Source: Ilumatobacteraceae bacterium
Lineage (GTDB): Bacteria > Actinomycetota > Acidimicrobiia > Acidimicrobiales > Ilumatobacteraceae
Direction: 5' to 3'
DNA length: 64,000 nt
Assembly: GCA_963772085.1 (NCBI GenBank)
Contig: CAVYWH010000010.1
Location: forward strand, 17,257-81,256
Each line of letters begins with the position of its first letter. The first letter of the stretch is position 1. The translations under genes and the position numbers were made by a program. Under the pieces are notes generated by a model. It ran no database searches. It was not told where the DNA came from and was given only the letters and a program-made list of their open reading frames with translations. Positions 61,877 through 64,000 of this stretch are shown here, one piece after another.

Positions 61877-64000
61877 ATGGCTGACCCCGTCGCTGTCCTC
61901 GATCCCTACCGGCTCCCCACCGTCGCCCGCCCCCACCGCTACGACCTGCGGCTGCGTCCCTCCCTCGACGAGGCGACGTTCGACGGAACCGTGGTCGTCC
62001 AGCTCGAGGTGCAGCACGCCGCCGAACAGCTCGTGCTCAATGCGGCAGAGCTGACGATCAAGTCGTGCACCGTCGGCGGGGCTGACGCCGACCTGGACGC
62101 TCGACGAGGCGACCGACCGCATGATCGTCACACCGAGCGCACCGATCGCTGCCGGCACGACGACGCTCGCCATCGAGTTCGCCGGCATCCTCAACGACAA
62201 GCTGCGCGGCTTCTATCGGAGCACCTACGTCGATGACGACGGCGTGCAGCAGGTCATCGCCACCACCCAGATGCAGTCCACCGACTGCCGCCGCGCGTTC
62301 CCGTGCTGGGACGAACCCGAGTTCAAGGCGGTCTTCGGCGTCACGCTCGACATCGCCGACGGTCTGACGGCGATCTCCAACGGTCCCGAGCTCGAACGTT
62401 CCTCCGCCGATGGCCGCACCGTGATCCGGTTCGCCGACACGATGATCATGAGCTCCTACCTCGTGGCCTTCGTCGTCGGCCGGCTCGAGGTGAGCGAGCC
62501 GATCGACGTCAACGGCATCCCACTGCGCATCGTGCACGTGCCGGGCAAGAGCCACCTGACCGAGTTCGGCCTCGACGTCGGCGCGTTCAGCCTGCGCTGG
62601 TTCGAGGAGTACTACGGCATCAAGTATCCGAGCGACAAGGTCGACCTCGTGGCGCTCCCCGACTTCTCGGCGGGCGCCATGGAGAACCTCGGCTGCATCA
62701 CGTTCCGCGAGAACCTGCTGCTCATCGACCCGGCCACCAGCACGCAGAGCGAGCGCGAGGTCGTCGCCGACGTGGTGTCGCACGAACTCGCCCACATGTG
62801 GTTCGGCGATCTCGTCACGATGCGTTGGTGGAACGGCATCTGGTTGAACGAGGCGTTCGCCACGTTCATGGAGATCGCCGCCTGCGACGCCTACCGCCCC
62901 GACTGGGAGCGTTGGACGAGCTTCGGTCTCGAACGCACGGTCGCCTTCGAGACCGATTCGCTGGCGAGCACGCGCTCCGTCGAGTTCGAGGTGCGTTCGC
63001 CGGCCGACTGCGAGGGCATGTTCGACGTGCTGACGTACCAGAAGGGTGGCGCCCTGCTGCGCATGTTGGAGCAGTACCTCGGCGTCGAACGCTTCCGCGC
63101 CGGCGTCAGCCACTACCTGCGGACGCATTCGTACGCGAACACGGAGACGAACGATCTGTGGGACGCCATCGAAGCGACGTCGGGCGATCCGGTACGTCGC
63201 ATCATGGATTCGTGGATCTGGCAGCCCGGCTACCCGATCGTGACGGCGTCGCTCGAGACGACCGACGACGGGCCCGCGCTCGTCCTGTCGCAGCAACGCT
63301 TCCGCTTCGAGGCCGACACATCGGGCGACCAGCCGGTGTGGGCGATCCCCGTGCACGTCCTCAACGGTGGGGTCACGTCGACCGTGCTGCTCGACAGCGC
63401 CACGCTCTCCGAGCCGATCCCACTCGTCGATCCGGACGGCGCGGTCATCGTCAACGCCGGCGGGCACGGCTTCTACCGCGTCGCCTACTCCGACGAACTG
63501 CGCGAGCGTCTCGCCGGTGACGTCCTGGCCTCGATGAGCACGCTCGAGCGGTACAACCTCGTCGACGACGCGTGGTCGTCCACGCTCGGCGGGCGGCTCA
63601 GCTCGGTCGAACTGCTCCGGTTCCTCGAGGGCTTCGGATCCGAGCGCGACTACGCCGTGTGGCAGGCGATCGTCATCGCGCTGCGGGGCGTCGGGCGGAT
63701 CGTCAACGACGCATCCACCGATGCGTTTCAAGCGCGCGTGCGAGCACTGGTCGTGCCGGCGCTCGACGAACTCGGCGAGCCGGCCGCCGACGAGAGCGAC
63801 CTCACGAGCAAGCTGCGCGGGTTGCTCGTCGGCGCGGTGGGTGTGCTCGGCGGCGATGCCGCGACACAGGCGCGCTGCCGGGATTGGTACGACGCGGCGA
63901 GCCGCGACGCGAGCAGCGTCGATCCCGAACTCGCCGCGGCGGCGACCTCGGTCGTCGCCGCCACCGGCGACGTTGCGGTGTACGACCAGATGCTCGAACG
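61877..64000 (+). pseudogene. pepN: Aminopeptidase N (M1 family), 3'-truncated by the window edge; one frame change near 62093
   Basis: MADPVAVLDPYRLPTVARPHRYDLRLRP... (tail of ORF 60971..62236). From ~62095 an open frame runs to the end of the window, with GAMEN, HELAHMWFGD and WLNEAFATF motifs. That frame is not in the ORF table because it has no stop. Confidence 0.9.

Overview
Very GC-rich, actinobacterial-type chromosomal segment. I count 59 protein-coding genes and see no rRNA, tRNA, CRISPR array, transposase or integrase. From the left: a KhtT/CPA2 antiporter pair, a TetR regulator divergent from an F420-type enzyme, gatCAB, and two citrate-synthase paralogues, one fused to an HTH domain. 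Next comes the conserved actinobacterial block rplY-pth-mfd-(lipoprotein)-mazG-DUF4032-eno-ftsB. Its usual continuation, DUF501-ppx, only reappears at 43.2 kb. The ~24 kb in between is accessory metabolism. It holds an orphan form-II CoxL-type molybdoenzyme with an HD protein, a large P-loop/LuxR-like regulator, a coxS-coxL-coxM operon, PAP2, SDR, an FAD oxidoreductase and glgX. It also holds a maturation set: amidohydrolase-moxR(coxD)-VWA(coxE)-xdhC-xdhC ... mocA-coxG. From 49 kb to 61.8 kb lies a nucleoside uptake and salvage supercluster. It contains a BMP lipoprotein, an ABC ATPase, two permeases, two adenosine deaminases flanking queF and a PhyH-type dioxygenase, upp, a CX5R phosphatase, a phosphosugar mutase and a PfkB adenosine kinase. 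pepN follows and runs off the window. The main non-genic signals are these. (1) 33 of the 59 genes, including gatB, eno, mfd and upp, have reading frames broken by small indels that occur in blocks. This is most likely consensus error, so I label them pseudogene only in the literal sense. (2) A 43-nt perfect palindrome is present three times, once exactly at a stop-less DUF501/Ppx-like junction. (3) At least 11 hairpins are built around GGTGCC(W)GGCACC or GGTGCCTGACCCC. (4) An 11-bp x3 tandem repeat on its own throws an SGNH hydrolase out of frame. (5) Tandem ATCAACGTTGAT palindromes lie in front of the HTH-citrate-synthase fusion. I cannot point to one clear-cut novel system. My best candidates are the queF/PhyH-containing nucleoside cluster, the HTH-citrate-synthase pair and the hairpin families. 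All coordinates for frame junctions are hand-derived approximations.
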